Assembly: GCA_963813715.1 (NCBI GenBank)
Contig: CAWFAK010000005.1
Span: forward strand, 832,001-896,000
DNA from: an uncultured Planctomycetaceae bacterium
GTDB taxonomy: Bacteria; Planctomycetota; Planctomycetia; Planctomycetales; Planctomycetaceae
Reading direction: 5' to 3'
Length of the DNA stretch: 64,000 nucleotides
Shown: positions 32,715 through 42,466 of the stretch, piece by piece
Position numbering within the stretch: position 1 is the first letter of the stretch
Layout: each line of letters opens with the position of its first letter
The notes under the pieces: model-generated
Database searches by the model: none
Told to the model about the DNA's origin: nothing
The model's input: the letters and a program-made list of their open reading frames with translations, nothing else
Program-made: the position numbers and the translations under genes

Positions 32715-34347
32715 ATGGTCGATCCCTCCGCGGGCGATCGCGACCCGCTGCGCTTTCCTGCGCCGACACGAGACGGCTCTGTTCCTGGCACTGTTGCTGG
32801 TGGTCGGTCTGACCACGCTGTTCGACTCGCAGCACAACTATTGGCACAGTCCCTGGACCAACGGCACCCTGCTCTTGCGGCAGACGTCGCTCCTCGGCAT
32901 TTTCGCGCTGGGGTCGGCGGTCGTCATCATCGCCGGGGGGATCGATCTCTCGTCGGGGGCGGTGATTTGCTTCAGCGGCACCATCTGCGCATCGCTGTTG
33001 TTGCTGCTGGCCCCCGATCGCATGCGGGGGGGCGAAGCGCTGATTGGATTGCCCGTCATTGCGGCGGCCATCGTCGGCACGCTGATCATCGGATTCTTGA
33101 TCGGCAGCCTGCACGCCTGGCTGATCACCGTCGTGCGGCTGCCGCCCTTCATCGCGACGCTGGCGACATTGGTGGGCCTCAGAAGTTTTGCCTGGGCCAT
33201 CTGCGGGAGCGTGACCCGGGTGAGTCTGGGCGCGAGTAGCAGCCAAATTCAGGTGTTCGATCCGCGGTTTCGGTACCTGGCGACCTCGATCTGGATTCCG
33301 GCGGTCATTTTTGTGGTGCTGGCGATCGGATCGTGGGTGATGCTCAGTCGGACGGTGCTGGGGCGTCACCTGTATGCGCTCGGCGGCAACGAAGAAGCGG
33401 CCCGGCTCAGCGGCGTGCGGACCGATCGGCTCAAGTGGTTCGCGTACTGCTTCAGTGCCGTGCTCTCGTCGATCACGGGCATCCTTTACATCTGTGAAGT
33501 GAGTGTGGCCGACCCGCAGTCGCTCGGCATGGGCTATGAGCTCAATGCGATTGCCGCGTCCGTCGTCGGCGGCTGCAGCCTGCAGGGGGGCGTCGGCTCG
33601 ATCGAAGGGACCGTCCTGGGGACGATCTTTCTGCGGGCCGTCATCGACGGCGTGGCCAAAGTGATCAAGGTGCAATCGAAGGTTTACGAAGGGCTGATTG
33701 TCGGCGTCGTTGTCGTGTTGGCCGTCGCCCTCAGCGAGACGGCTCGCTTTCGGGGTCGCAAAGGCTTTTTCGACGGCGCGCTGGGCTTGGTGGCGGCCGT
33801 CAATCTCTCGCTGTTTGCCGGCGTGATGGCCGCGCTCGTCGGGCCGACATTGGGTGAAGGCTGGACCACGCTCAACGGAACGGTCCTGGGAATGTGGACG
33901 GCCGGCTCGCTGTTCGCGCTGTTGCTCTTTGTCCGCAGCGGACTGTTGGGAAGCCAACGCCGGGTCGGCGCCGTGATCCTGGGAGTTGCCGTCATCGCCA
34001 GCTATTTTTCCCTCGACCGGGGCCTGCCCGCCTACCAGCTGCACGCGGCGACGGCGGCCGTGAATAACGCCGGCGGAAAGATCAACACCGCAGACAACGG
34101 CGGCGTGCGCGTTGATTTCAGCGGCACGGACCTCGACGACGCGGCCCTCAAGCGGCTGGCCGACTCGCTCTCGTCGCTGCATGTCGCGGACCTGTCTCTG
34201 GTGGGCACGAGCGTCAGCGACGACGGCTTGGACGCGCTCAGCACGCTGACCTCGCTAAAACGCATCGACTTGAGGCAGACTCGGGTGACCCGCGCGGGCA
34301 CTCGCGGACTGGGCCGCGCCTTGCCGGACGTCGACATCACCCAGTGA
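32715..34347 (+). CDS. Sugar ABC permease (RbsC-like) fused to extra TM helices and a C-terminal LRR domain (5' frameshift)
   Basis: GGIDLSSG, PPFIATLA, YALGGNEEAARLSGV, GYELNAIAASVVGG; tail LSLVGTSVSDDGLDALSTLTSLKRIDLRQTRVT. Confidence 0.88.
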
Positions 34348-34365
34348 AACGAGAATCATGACACG

Positions 34366-35906
34366 GTGAAACTGGAAACCATGCCGGCCGACGCCCCGCT
34401 GATCTCGATCGAAAACGTGACGAAACGCTTCCCCGGCGTGGTCGCGCTCGACGGCGTTTCGTTCGACGTGCGGGCCGGCGAGTTCCACGCGGTGGTCGGC
34501 GAGAACGGGGCGGGCAAGAGCACGCTGATGAAGATCCTGTCCGGCGTCATTCCCGACTATGAGGGGACGCTGCGGATCAACGGCGCAGGAGGTCCATTTT
34601 GCCAACACGCGCAAGGCCGAGGCCGCCGGCATCTCCATCATTCACCAGGAATTGAATCTGGTCGAAGACTTGTCGGCCGCGGCCAACGTCTTTTTGGGAC
34701 GCGAACGCCGCACGGCCTTGGGCCTGTTGGACGACCGGGCCATGCAGCGGGCGGCCGCGACGCTGTTTGCCGAGCTGGAGTGCAATATCCGCCCCGACCT
34801 GCCGGTGCGCCGGCTCCGCGTCGGCGACCAGCAACTGGTCGAGATCGCCAAGGCCCTGTCGCAGGACGCGTCGATCTTGATCATGGACGAGCCGACGAGT
34901 GCGCTCACGGAGTCGGAAGTCGAGCGGCTGTTCCGCATCATCGAGCGGCTGCTTGGCCCGCGGCGTGACGATCGTCTACATCTCGCACAAGCTCGACGAA
35001 GTCTTCCGCCGCTCGGATCGGATCACCGTGCTCCGCGACGGCAAGCACGTCCGCACGCAGGCTCGCAGCGAAACCAGCCCGCGCGAACTGACGCATTTGA
35101 TGGTCGGTCGGGAGATCAGCAGCTTTCGTCATGCCGAGGGACGCACGGCCGGCCCGGTGGTGCTGGAGGTCGACTCACTCTCACTGCCCTGGACCGGCCA
35201 CGCGCGATCGTGGCGGCTGCGGAACGTCAGCTTTACGTTGCGGCGGGGCGAAGTCCTGGGCGTCGCCGGATTGATGGGGGCCGGTCGCACCGAGCTCTTG
35301 GAATGCCTGTTCGGCACGTCGCCCGAGCCGCCCGTCGGCCGGATCGTGCTCGACGGCAAGCAGGTCCACTTCGGCTCACCGGCCGACGCCAAGCGGGCCG
35401 GCGTGGCTCTGGTCACCGAGGACCGCAAGCGGCTGGGACTCTTTCCCCAGATGAACGTTCGCGAAAACATCACTGTCTGCATGCTTGAGGAAGCGGCGAC
35501 GGCCACGCTGATCTCCGCCCGCAAAGAGCGGCACGCTGCCCGCGAGTCGATCGATCTGTTGAGCATCAAAACTCCGGGGACCGAGGTCGCCATCACCGGC
35601 CTCAGCGGCGGCAACCAGCAGAAGGCGATCATCGCCCGCTGGCTCCGCACGCGGCCCAAAGTGTTGTTGCTCGACGACCCGACCCGCGGCGTCGACGTCG
35701 GCGCCAAGGCCGAACTGTATCGCGTGATCGATCGGCTGTGCCGCGACGGGCTGGGAATCGTCGTCACGTCGAGCGAGCTGCCCGAGCTGATCACGCTCTG
35801 CGACCGGATCCTGGTCCTCTGCGAGGGACGTCTCACCGGCACGTTCGCCCGCGGCCAGTTCACCGAGCAAGCGCTGATGGAAGCCGCCACGCGACGCGAG
35901 GCGTAA
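34366..35906 (+). CDS. Sugar ABC transporter ATP-binding protein (RbsA-like; two frameshifts)
   Basis: [50 protein letters not shown]. Confidence 0.92.
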
Positions 35907-35973
35907 GGGCAGGCGACATCGCGCCCGGCCGTTCACGGCCCGCAGTCCACGCTCTGCTGAGTCACCGATCGCC

Positions 35974-36804
35974 TTAGCGGTGCTTCGACGTTTGGCTCAT
36001 CAGCAGCGATCGCTGGTAATCCTGAAAGCTGACTTTCTTCAGCTCGTGACGGGAGATCATCCCGTCCCACTGACGGACGAGCTCGCGATCGCGCTCGTTG
36101 AGTTCCCAATAGATGTGGTGTTGGGCCCGCACGCTTGGCGACTCGCCGCCGGCGATCGTGAAGCTGACGTCGACCGGAACCAGCTTCGCTTCGCGCAAGG
36201 CCGCATCGAGGGCCAGCCGCTGCTCGGGCAGAATGGCTCCGGGTTGCAGAATGTAGTTCAGCCGCACGATCCAGTCGGCATAGTTCAAGTAGGCGAACGC
36301 GTGGGTCGGCGTGGGGGCGGGCGCGGCCAGCACCGTGTAACCGAAGAACTTGCTCTTCAAATCAATTTGCGGCCCGGCGTTGGTCTGCGTGATCGACTTT
36401 TCGAACTGCGGGTTGAACTGAAAGAGGATCTGCTCGATCGCGCTTTCGTTCGGTTTGGCTTCGGCCTGCAGCACCTGCAAGTGGTCGTTGAGCGCCCGCC
36501 GAGCGAGGTCGAGCATGCGATTGACTTCGTCCATGTGGACCTCGGTCATCCGCCGCTGCCGCGTGTTCATCAGCGTGAACTGCCCGTGGGCCGCATCGAA
36601 GATGATCAGCTCGCCCAGATGGGGAATGAAGTCGTACGTTTTGCCCGCGTGAAACAGCGTGATGCTCTGCATCAGCTCGCGCGGCTCGCCGCGGCCGACT
36701 GCATAGAGCGTCGTTTCAACGTGGAAGTCCTGGGCCGTCGCGGTCGCCGGGAACAACAAACTGGCTGCGAGAACTCCGCAAGCGAAAGTGAGCGAGACAC
36801 GCAT
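35974..36804 (-). CDS. Secreted hypothetical protein
   Basis: Signal peptide ending ATA-QDF; 276 aa with typical codon usage. Confidence 0.75.
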   Translation of the reverse strand: MRVSLTFACGVLAASLLFPATATAQDFHVETTLYAVGRGEPRELMQSITLFHAGKTYDFIPHLGELIIFDAAHGQFTLMNTRQRRMTEVHMDEVNRMLDLARRALNDHLQVLQAEAKPNESAIEQILFQFNPQFEKSITQTNAGPQIDLKSKFFGYTVLAAPAPTPTHAFAYLNYADWIVRLNYILQPGAILPEQRLALDAALREAKLVPVDVSFTIAGGESPSVRAQHHIYWELNERDRELVRQWDGMISRHELKKVSFQDYQRSLLMSQTSKHR

Positions 36805-37027
36805 GGCGATCGATCCTTCCAGCAGGTCGGTGGGAACGGGCTCGCGCCGGAGTCGGGGCGGCAGTCGGCAGCCGGACGTGATTTGATAGGGGGAGGAGGA
36901 GAGGTGTGGACTCGGACGTTACCCGCGCCCCCCGCGGCCAACAAGCCGATTCGGCCGGAATTCGGCTCGCGGGAAGGGCTACTCTCAGCCGCAGGACAAA
37001 GACCGGCAGACCCTGCCGATCGGCGGC

Positions 37028-38107
37028 CTATTTGGCAGTCGGATTGCCAGATAAGGGTGAAGATGATGCCGCGCTGTGGCGGCCGGCCAGTTGTTCGCCC
37101 AGCTCGCGGCCGTAGGCGAAGAGCGCGGGCGTGCCTCCGGTGTGGACGAACACAACCTTGTGCTGCGACGTCAGCCGGCCGCGGCGCACGTCGTCCAAAA
37201 GCGCGCACATGGCCTTGCCCGTATAGACCGGGTCGAGCAACAGGCCCTCGGTGCGAGCCAGCAGGCTGATGGCGTTGAAGGTCGCCTCCGTCAGTTTGCC
37301 ATAGCCGGGGGCAATGTAATCGAGCGTGATGTCGATGTCCGCGGGCGTGAGCCGTGTTTTTAATCCCAATCGCTCGCCCGCTTGGTTGGCGATCTGCGCC
37401 ATGTCGGTCGGAATGTCCCACTCCCAGCGCACGTAGGCCACGTTCCGCACCGGGAACTCTTGGCCGAGCGACCGGCAGCCGAGCGTCAGGCCGGCCCCCG
37501 TCGAGCCGGAGGAGGAGACGTAGATCGCATCGGGCACGAAACCTTCGGCCGCCGACTGCTCGACAATTTCGGCCGCACACTCGACGTAGCTGATGGCCGC
37601 CAAGGGCGTGACGATGGTGCGGTCCCAGCGAAAGACCTTGCGCCCCTGAGCGTGGAAGCGGTCGGCCGCCTCGATGATCTGGCGGTTGAGGTCCTTGCCC
37701 ATGCCGCCGTCGACGATCTCGTAGCTCGCGCCGAACAGGTTGTCGAGCAGGAAATTCCCCTCGAGCGCGACCGGACCGGCTTTCGAGTCCCGCGTGAGCA
37801 CGAGGTGACAGTCGAGCCCCGCTTTGGCACAGGCGGCCGCCGTCTGTCGGCAATTGTTGCTCTGCACCAGTCCGCCCCAAACGAACAGGTCGGCCCCGCG
37901 CCTCAGGGCCTCGGCCATCACGAACTCGTTGTGCCGCGCCTTGTTGCCGCCGATCGCCAGGCCCGTGCAGTCGTCCCGCTTCATGAAGATGGCGGGGCCG
38001 CCGACCGCCTTCGAAAAGCGGGGCAGGTGCTCGAGCGGCGTCGGCCGGTGGGCGAGCCGATAGCGGGGCTGCTGATCGATGTGCTGGCGGAGTTCTGTGA
38101 CATCCAT
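37028..38107 (-). CDS. D-cysteine desulfhydrase / ACC deaminase family PLP enzyme
   Basis: PTPLE, KRDDCTGLAIGGNKAR, QSNNCRQTAA, LLDPVYTGKA, FVHTGG. Confidence 0.92.
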   Translation of the reverse strand: MDVTELRQHIDQQPRYRLAHRPTPLEHLPRFSKAVGGPAIFMKRDDCTGLAIGGNKARHNEFVMAEALRRGADLFVWGGLVQSNNCRQTAAACAKAGLDCHLVLTRDSKAGPVALEGNFLLDNLFGASYEIVDGGMGKDLNRQIIEAADRFHAQGRKVFRWDRTIVTPLAAISYVECAAEIVEQSAAEGFVPDAIYVSSSGSTGAGLTLGCRSLGQEFPVRNVAYVRWEWDIPTDMAQIANQAGERLGLKTRLTPADIDITLDYIAPGYGKLTEATFNAISLLARTEGLLLDPVYTGKAMCALLDDVRRGRLTSQHKVVFVHTGGTPALFAYGRELGEQLAGRHSAASSSPLSGNPTAK

Positions 38108-38144
38108 GACGGCGCAACCCTCCGCGAAGTGCTTCGGTGGGACA

Positions 38145-38890
38145 GTCCGGACCAGTCACGAAAGTGTCCGGACCAACGAGTCCGGACCAGACTAACGAGT
38201 CCGGACCTGACCAGTCCGGACCAGACTAACGAGTCCGGACCTGACCGGACCGACCCGTCCGGTTCTCACGTTGTACAAGATCTGGACACCCGAGGGTTAG
38301 GATGGCCGTCGCGCGGCGGGGATCTTTTTGGTCTCCTTTCGTGCGGGTGGGAGTGAGTGGAATTCAATCCCGTCCCAACCTGGACGTCCCGTCCCGAGCA
38401 TTCGGCTAAGTCCCAGCGGATTTCTCACCACAAAGCCACGAAGGCACTAAGTTCAGACGCAGCAAATCGTTCTGCCTTTGTTGGTGCCTTCGTGTCTTCG
38501 TGATGAATGTCTCCGATGCTTGTTGTCCCGGGTGCGTCCCGATCAATCCCGTCCCGATACTTCTGTCCTGTCCCGTGTCCCGACCCACTGGTCCCGCGTT
38601 CGTGTCCCGTCCCGGCTTGCCGGGGATCTTTCGCCTCCCTTAGTGAAAAAGGATCCCCACCACCGGCGGGGATCCTTTTCGTTCCCGCCGGGGATCCTTG
38701 CCCCCACCGGACAGTTTCAAACCACAGCCGCCCTGCGACGCACCCATGCGAAGTGTCCGGACCTGACTGGTTGTCCGCTTCGCGCACGTGTCCCGTCCCG
38801 GTCTCCGGGGGGTGGGTCACCAATTCCGTGGGTCAACTTCGTAGTGAAACAAAGTGTCCCGACCCCACCCACCGGACAGTTTCTGGTCAC
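38145..38890. repeat. Non-coding array of interleaved short repeats (GTCCGGAC, GTCCCGTCCC, GGGGATCY)
   Basis: 7 perfect GTCCGGAC; perfect 34-bp tandem 38179-38246; about 6 TCCCGTCCC-type; 5 GGGGATCY; 16-bp direct repeat CCCACCGGACAGTTTC. Confidence 0.85.
38425..38506. repeat. Miniature inverted-repeat element (CACGAAG-type)
   Basis: 26-nt arms 38425-38450 and 38481-38506 complementary at 22/26, 30-nt loop. Confidence 0.75.
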
Positions 38891-38902
38891 TTAGCCGCTA
38901 GG

Positions 38903-39547
38903 CTATTCCTCCGAAAAATCGCCCGACCTTCGCGGACTGCCTCCGCGTCTGCGCAGGACGGACCAGTTCATCCTACCGGCACTCGCCGCCGATAGCGTTT
39001 CTACGGCGACTCGAAAACTTCTTCGCCGCCGGCGTCCGGACGAAACGATTATCGCGGCACGATCCAGATTATTGCGGAACAGGACCGGTTGCCGTGGTCC
39101 GCTCGCGCAGGCCTCCAGGTAACGCTTTTTCGAGACCTTGTTATCGTTGATCCAGTACAACTCGAATCCCTCCTTGCGCTCCGCATCTAAATAACATCGT
39201 TGGCGACCCGTCATTTGGCCGCCAATCATCGATATCTCGCCGAGGAACTCCCATTCCGAGTCTCTACCCAATGACCAGATGTGCGAGACACCCGTCCCCT
39301 TCTTCATTTCAAATTCATCGAGCAGTTTGCCATTTGCGTCCCAGATTCGGTGGACGCCATCATATACGCCGTCATGCACGGAGAACTCTTCGGCCAGCAC
39401 ACCATTTGGGTGCCACCTCCGGCTCATCCCTTCGATCGCGCCCCTCTCGTGCCGGAGAATCGCCTCGGACTCGATCGCACCATTATCGTGATACCGCCGA
39501 AATAGAATTCGTCCACCCTCTAGGAGGATGCGCTCGACTCTGCTCAT
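38903..39547 (-). CDS. MORN-repeat-variant / YwqK-like protein, 3' end truncated and fused at ~39100
   Basis: YHDNG, WHPNG, WDANGK repeats; lower GC; frame runs into the duplicated DUF1080 fragment. Confidence 0.7.
   Translation of the reverse strand: MSRVERILLEGGRILFRRYHDNGAIESEAILRHERGAIEGMSRRWHPNGVLAEEFSVHDGVYDGVHRIWDANGKLLDEFEMKKGTGVSHIWSLGRDSEWEFLGEISMIGGQMTGRQRCYLDAERKEGFELYWINDNKVSKKRYLEACASGPRQPVLFRNNLDRAAIIVSSGRRRRRSFRVAVETLSAASAGRMNWSVLRRRGGSPRRSGDFSEE
39049..39099 (-). repeat. Displaced duplicate of the DUF1080 gene 3' end (att-like direct repeat)
   Basis: 48/52 aligned columns match 42467-42517, which encodes DHGNPVRFRNIWIVPR-stop. Confidence 0.85.
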
Positions 39548-39553
39548 GGAAAT

Positions 39554-39636
39554 CTAGTGTAGTGTCTCAGGCAGCTGGGATCTTATTCAGAGCAGCTCTA
39601 GCACGGCGGACTTTGTCGAGGATCTCTTCGGCTTTA
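39554..39636 (-). mobile_element. IS630-family right-end remnant
   Basis: Minus strand encodes KAEEILDKVRRARAALNKIPAA-stop then GACACTACACTAG, resembling IS630 transposase C-termini and CACTAG ends (recognition by eye). Confidence 0.6.
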
Positions 39637-39697
39637 GGGAGAAATAAAAGGCGAAATAACGGGGACGTGAGTCGACCGTCCGATTCCTGCACGTCGC

Positions 39698-39737
39698 TTG
39701 AATCGCGGGTTGAAACTATATATGCTTACGCAGATAT
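39698..39737 (+). promoter_or_regulatory. Sigma70-like promoter with overlapping ArsR-type operator
   Basis: TTGAAT-N17-TATGCT (39698-39726); imperfect palindrome ATATATGCTTACGCAGATAT (39718-39737). Confidence 0.7.
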
Positions 39738-40095
39738 GAAAACGCCGCTGGCCCGCGCCCGCCCCGTCGACCGCATGTTTCGGGCATTTTCCGATCGGAC
39801 CCGTCTGCGGATCCTCCATCTGCTGTTGCCGGGCGAGTTGTGCGTTTGCCACATCGTCGACGTGCTCGATTGCTCGCAGCCCAAGGTCTCGCGGCACCTG
39901 GCGTATTTGCGAAAATCCGGGTTGGTGCTCGCGCGGAAAGAGGGTTTGTGGAACTATTACCGCCTGGCGCCGGCGCAGGGCGACTTTCATGAAAAGCTGC
40001 TGCAGTGCTTGGGCAGCTGCTTCGCCGAAGTGCCCGAGCTGACGCAGGATGCCCAACGGCTCAAGAAGAGCATCGCGAGCTGGTGTTGCGGATGA
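39736..40095 (+). CDS. arsR: ArsR/SmtB arsenic-responsive repressor
   Basis: FRAFSDRTRLRIL, ELCVCHI, SQPKVSRHLAYLR, C-terminal WCCG. Confidence 0.92.
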   Translation: MKTPLARARPVDRMFRAFSDRTRLRILHLLLPGELCVCHIVDVLDCSQPKVSRHLAYLRKSGLVLARKEGLWNYYRLAPAQGDFHEKLLQCLGSCFAEVPELTQDAQRLKKSIASWCCG

Positions 40096-40129
40096 GGGGC
40101 TGTTGCGGCTGAGCTTTTTTGTCCCGACT

Positions 40130-40149
40130 GTATGCGTTTAGGCAGATAT
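40130..40149 (+). promoter_or_regulatory. Second ArsR-type operator upstream of arsM
   Basis: GTATGCGTTTAGGCAGATAT, 15/20 identical to the site at 39718. Confidence 0.6.
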
Positions 40150-40181
40150 AGTTGGCCCGATTTGAAGCGAGGGTTCTCCGC

Positions 40182-41078
40182 ATGTCCGATCACATTCAGA
40201 AAATCGTCCAATCGAGATACGGCGCGGTGGCCCAAAGCGGGCTCTCCAGCGATCGGGACGATGTGCGCCAGGTGGCAGCCGCGTTCGGGTACACCGCCGA
40301 CGAGCTGCGCTCGATTCCGGCCGATGCCAACATGGGGCTGTCGTGCGGCAATCCCATCGCCTCGGCCAGTCTGAAGCCCGGCGAGGTTGTGGTCGATCTG
40401 GGATCGGGGGGCGGACTCGACGTGTTTCTGGCAGCGCAGAAGGTCGGACCGACGGGTCGCGCCATCGGCATCGACATGACCGAGGAGATGATCGAACTCG
40501 CGCGACGCAACGCAATCAAGGCCGGAGACGGAAAACCGCCGGCCAACGTCGAATTTCATCTGGCCATGATTGACGATCTGCCTCTCCCGTCCGATTCGGT
40601 CGACTGCGTCATCAGCAATTGCGTGATCAACCTGGCCGCGGACAAGCATGCGGTCTTTCGGGAAATGGCGCGAGTGCTCAAGCCGGGCGGACGCCTGGCC
40701 ATCAGCGATATTGCGCTTAAAAAAGCGATCCCACCGGAGGTCGGTCAGGACATCTTGGCCTACGTCGGCTGCGTGGCGGGCGCGATTCCGATTGAGGAAT
40801 ACAAGCAGGGATTGATTAGTTCCGGATTAACTGCTGTCGAGATTGTTGACACGGGCGCCGATCTCAACGTCTATTCCAAGATCGAGGGGCAGTCCGCCTG
40901 TTGCACGCCGAGCGCTCACGATCAAGGGGGGTGCTGCGGGTCGGCAGTCTCCAGCGATTTACCGGTCCTCTCACAGTCCACGCCCGATTTCCACAACCGC
41001 CTGACAGAGCTGCTGCGCAAGTACGACGTCAACGACTTCGCGGCCAGCGTCAAAGTTTTCGCCGTCAAGCCGCGCTAA
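40182..41078 (+). CDS. arsM: Arsenite S-adenosylmethionine methyltransferase
   Basis: [35 protein letters not shown], Cys-rich tail. Confidence 0.92.
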   Translation: MSDHIQKIVQSRYGAVAQSGLSSDRDDVRQVAAAFGYTADELRSIPADANMGLSCGNPIASASLKPGEVVVDLGSGGGLDVFLAAQKVGPTGRAIGIDMTEEMIELARRNAIKAGDGKPPANVEFHLAMIDDLPLPSDSVDCVISNCVINLAADKHAVFREMARVLKPGGRLAISDIALKKAIPPEVGQDILAYVGCVAGAIPIEEYKQGLISSGLTAVEIVDTGADLNVYSKIEGQSACCTPSAHDQGGCCGSAVSSDLPVLSQSTPDFHNRLTELLRKYDVNDFAASVKVFAVKPR

Positions 41079-41166
41079 ACCTCGACTTCGACTGCACCGG
41101 GTGACAAAGCACTGAGGGGGACCTTGCCGTTTGTCTAAGGGACTGACCCTAAACTTCGGTGCACGC

Positions 41167-41634
41167 ATGAACGCACAAGCCGTGTTGCGGCCGCTGACCC
41201 GACACCTCCGCCGCGAAGACTACGCAAGCGCGGTGTTGCTCGCAAACAACGAGCTGTTGGAAGGTCGTTTGGATCGCGCGTCGCTCATTGCCGATGCACT
41301 CGATCAGTGGGAGTCTGCTCCAACACGCTCAAAGCGCATGGGGGAGCATGCGTTCTGCTTTCGCAGCGTGTACCGTTCGATGCTTTTTGAAGGCTTCCTG
41401 CGGCGGGCGATCGGCGCGCTGATTGACGAGGGCCCGATATCGCTTACCGCGATTGAGAGACCGGCTCCGGGGCAAAATCGCGTCATCGCGCTGCAGCTTC
41501 GCCTTTGCGGAATGACGGCGCAGGAACTCGATGATTGGCTCGAGCGCCAGTGGGATCGCACACGGCAGGTGACGCAACAATGGGCTGCTCCAAAGCACAA
41601 CAGAGGCGCCTGTCCGATGACGGCACGAAATTGA
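41167..41634 (+). CDS. Hypothetical protein inside the ars cluster
   Basis: 155-aa ORF co-oriented between arsM and the arsC-like gene; no recognisable motif. Confidence 0.5.
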   Translation: MNAQAVLRPLTRHLRREDYASAVLLANNELLEGRLDRASLIADALDQWESAPTRSKRMGEHAFCFRSVYRSMLFEGFLRRAIGALIDEGPISLTAIERPAPGQNRVIALQLRLCGMTAQELDDWLERQWDRTRQVTQQWAAPKHNRGACPMTARN

Positions 41635-41698
41635 CGAGCGAGTTGGAGTGAGTCGACTACAAGAGTGAGTCGAATACGAACGGAACAAGGAATCACTT

Positions 41699-42397
41699 AT
41701 GTCTCGCCCCGGAGTCGTTGCTCTTGGAATCCTCGCGGTGGTTGTGAACGGAGGAGCCGCACCCGTGCACCCCGAACGGCTGAACGAGAAATTGCGGCAC
41801 TACGTCGCGACTCGCGTGGGTGAGTTTGACAGCATTCCTCAAGAGCGTCGCGACCAGCTGCGAAAACTGGCCTCTTACATTCGCGACAAAATGAAAGCCG
41901 ATCGGCCGGCGCGGCTGGTCTTCATTTGCACGCACAATTCCCGCCGCAGCCAGATGTGCCAGCTCTGGGCGGCGACCGCGGCGGCGTACTTTGGCGTTCC
42001 GCACGTCGAGAACTTCTCAGGGGGAACCGAAGTCACCGCCTTCAATTCACGAGCGGTGGCGGCTCTGCGGCGCACGGGCTTCGCGATCGACGATCCGGTG
42101 CCGGCGCCGAATCCCCACTATCGGGTCCGATTTCACAACGCGGGCCCCGAATTGGAATGCTTCTCCAAGGTCTATCGGGACGCATCGAATCCCGGGAGCG
42201 ACTTCTGCGCCGTCATAACGTGTTCCCAAGCCGACAAGCAGTGCCCGATCGTCGCAGGGGCTTCCGCGCGGATTGCCCTTCCCTTCGACGATCCCAAAGC
42301 CTTCGACGGCACGCCGCAAGAGACGAACAAATACGACGAGCGCTGCCGGCAAATCGCCCGGGAATTGCTCTTCGTGTTCTCCGAGGTGGGGGCCTAG
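41699..42397 (+). CDS. arsC: LMW protein-tyrosine-phosphatase-fold arsenate reductase
   Basis: P-loop FICTHNSRRSQ, SGGTE, TCSQADKQCP, FDDPK; ars context. Confidence 0.82.
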   Translation: MSRPGVVALGILAVVVNGGAAPVHPERLNEKLRHYVATRVGEFDSIPQERRDQLRKLASYIRDKMKADRPARLVFICTHNSRRSQMCQLWAATAAAYFGVPHVENFSGGTEVTAFNSRAVAALRRTGFAIDDPVPAPNPHYRVRFHNAGPELECFSKVYRDASNPGSDFCAVITCSQADKQCPIVAGASARIALPFDDPKAFDGTPQETNKYDERCRQIARELLFVFSEVGA

Positions 42398-42466
42398 AGA
42401 GCGGCGAGCAACCATGTGGCCCGGCTCGGCGGAAGTGTGGGACTGCCTCGCCGCGGCGTCGAACGG

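Noticed and set aside
38145..38260. GTCCGGAC repeats as a CRISPR array
   Set aside because: Repeats are 8-13 bp, spacers are 6-13 bp and partly identical, and no cas genes are present.
38406..38995. ORFs across the repeat array (38425-38823, 38478-38894, 38507-38995)
   Set aside because: Low-complexity translations of the repeats in overlapping frames with no family motifs.
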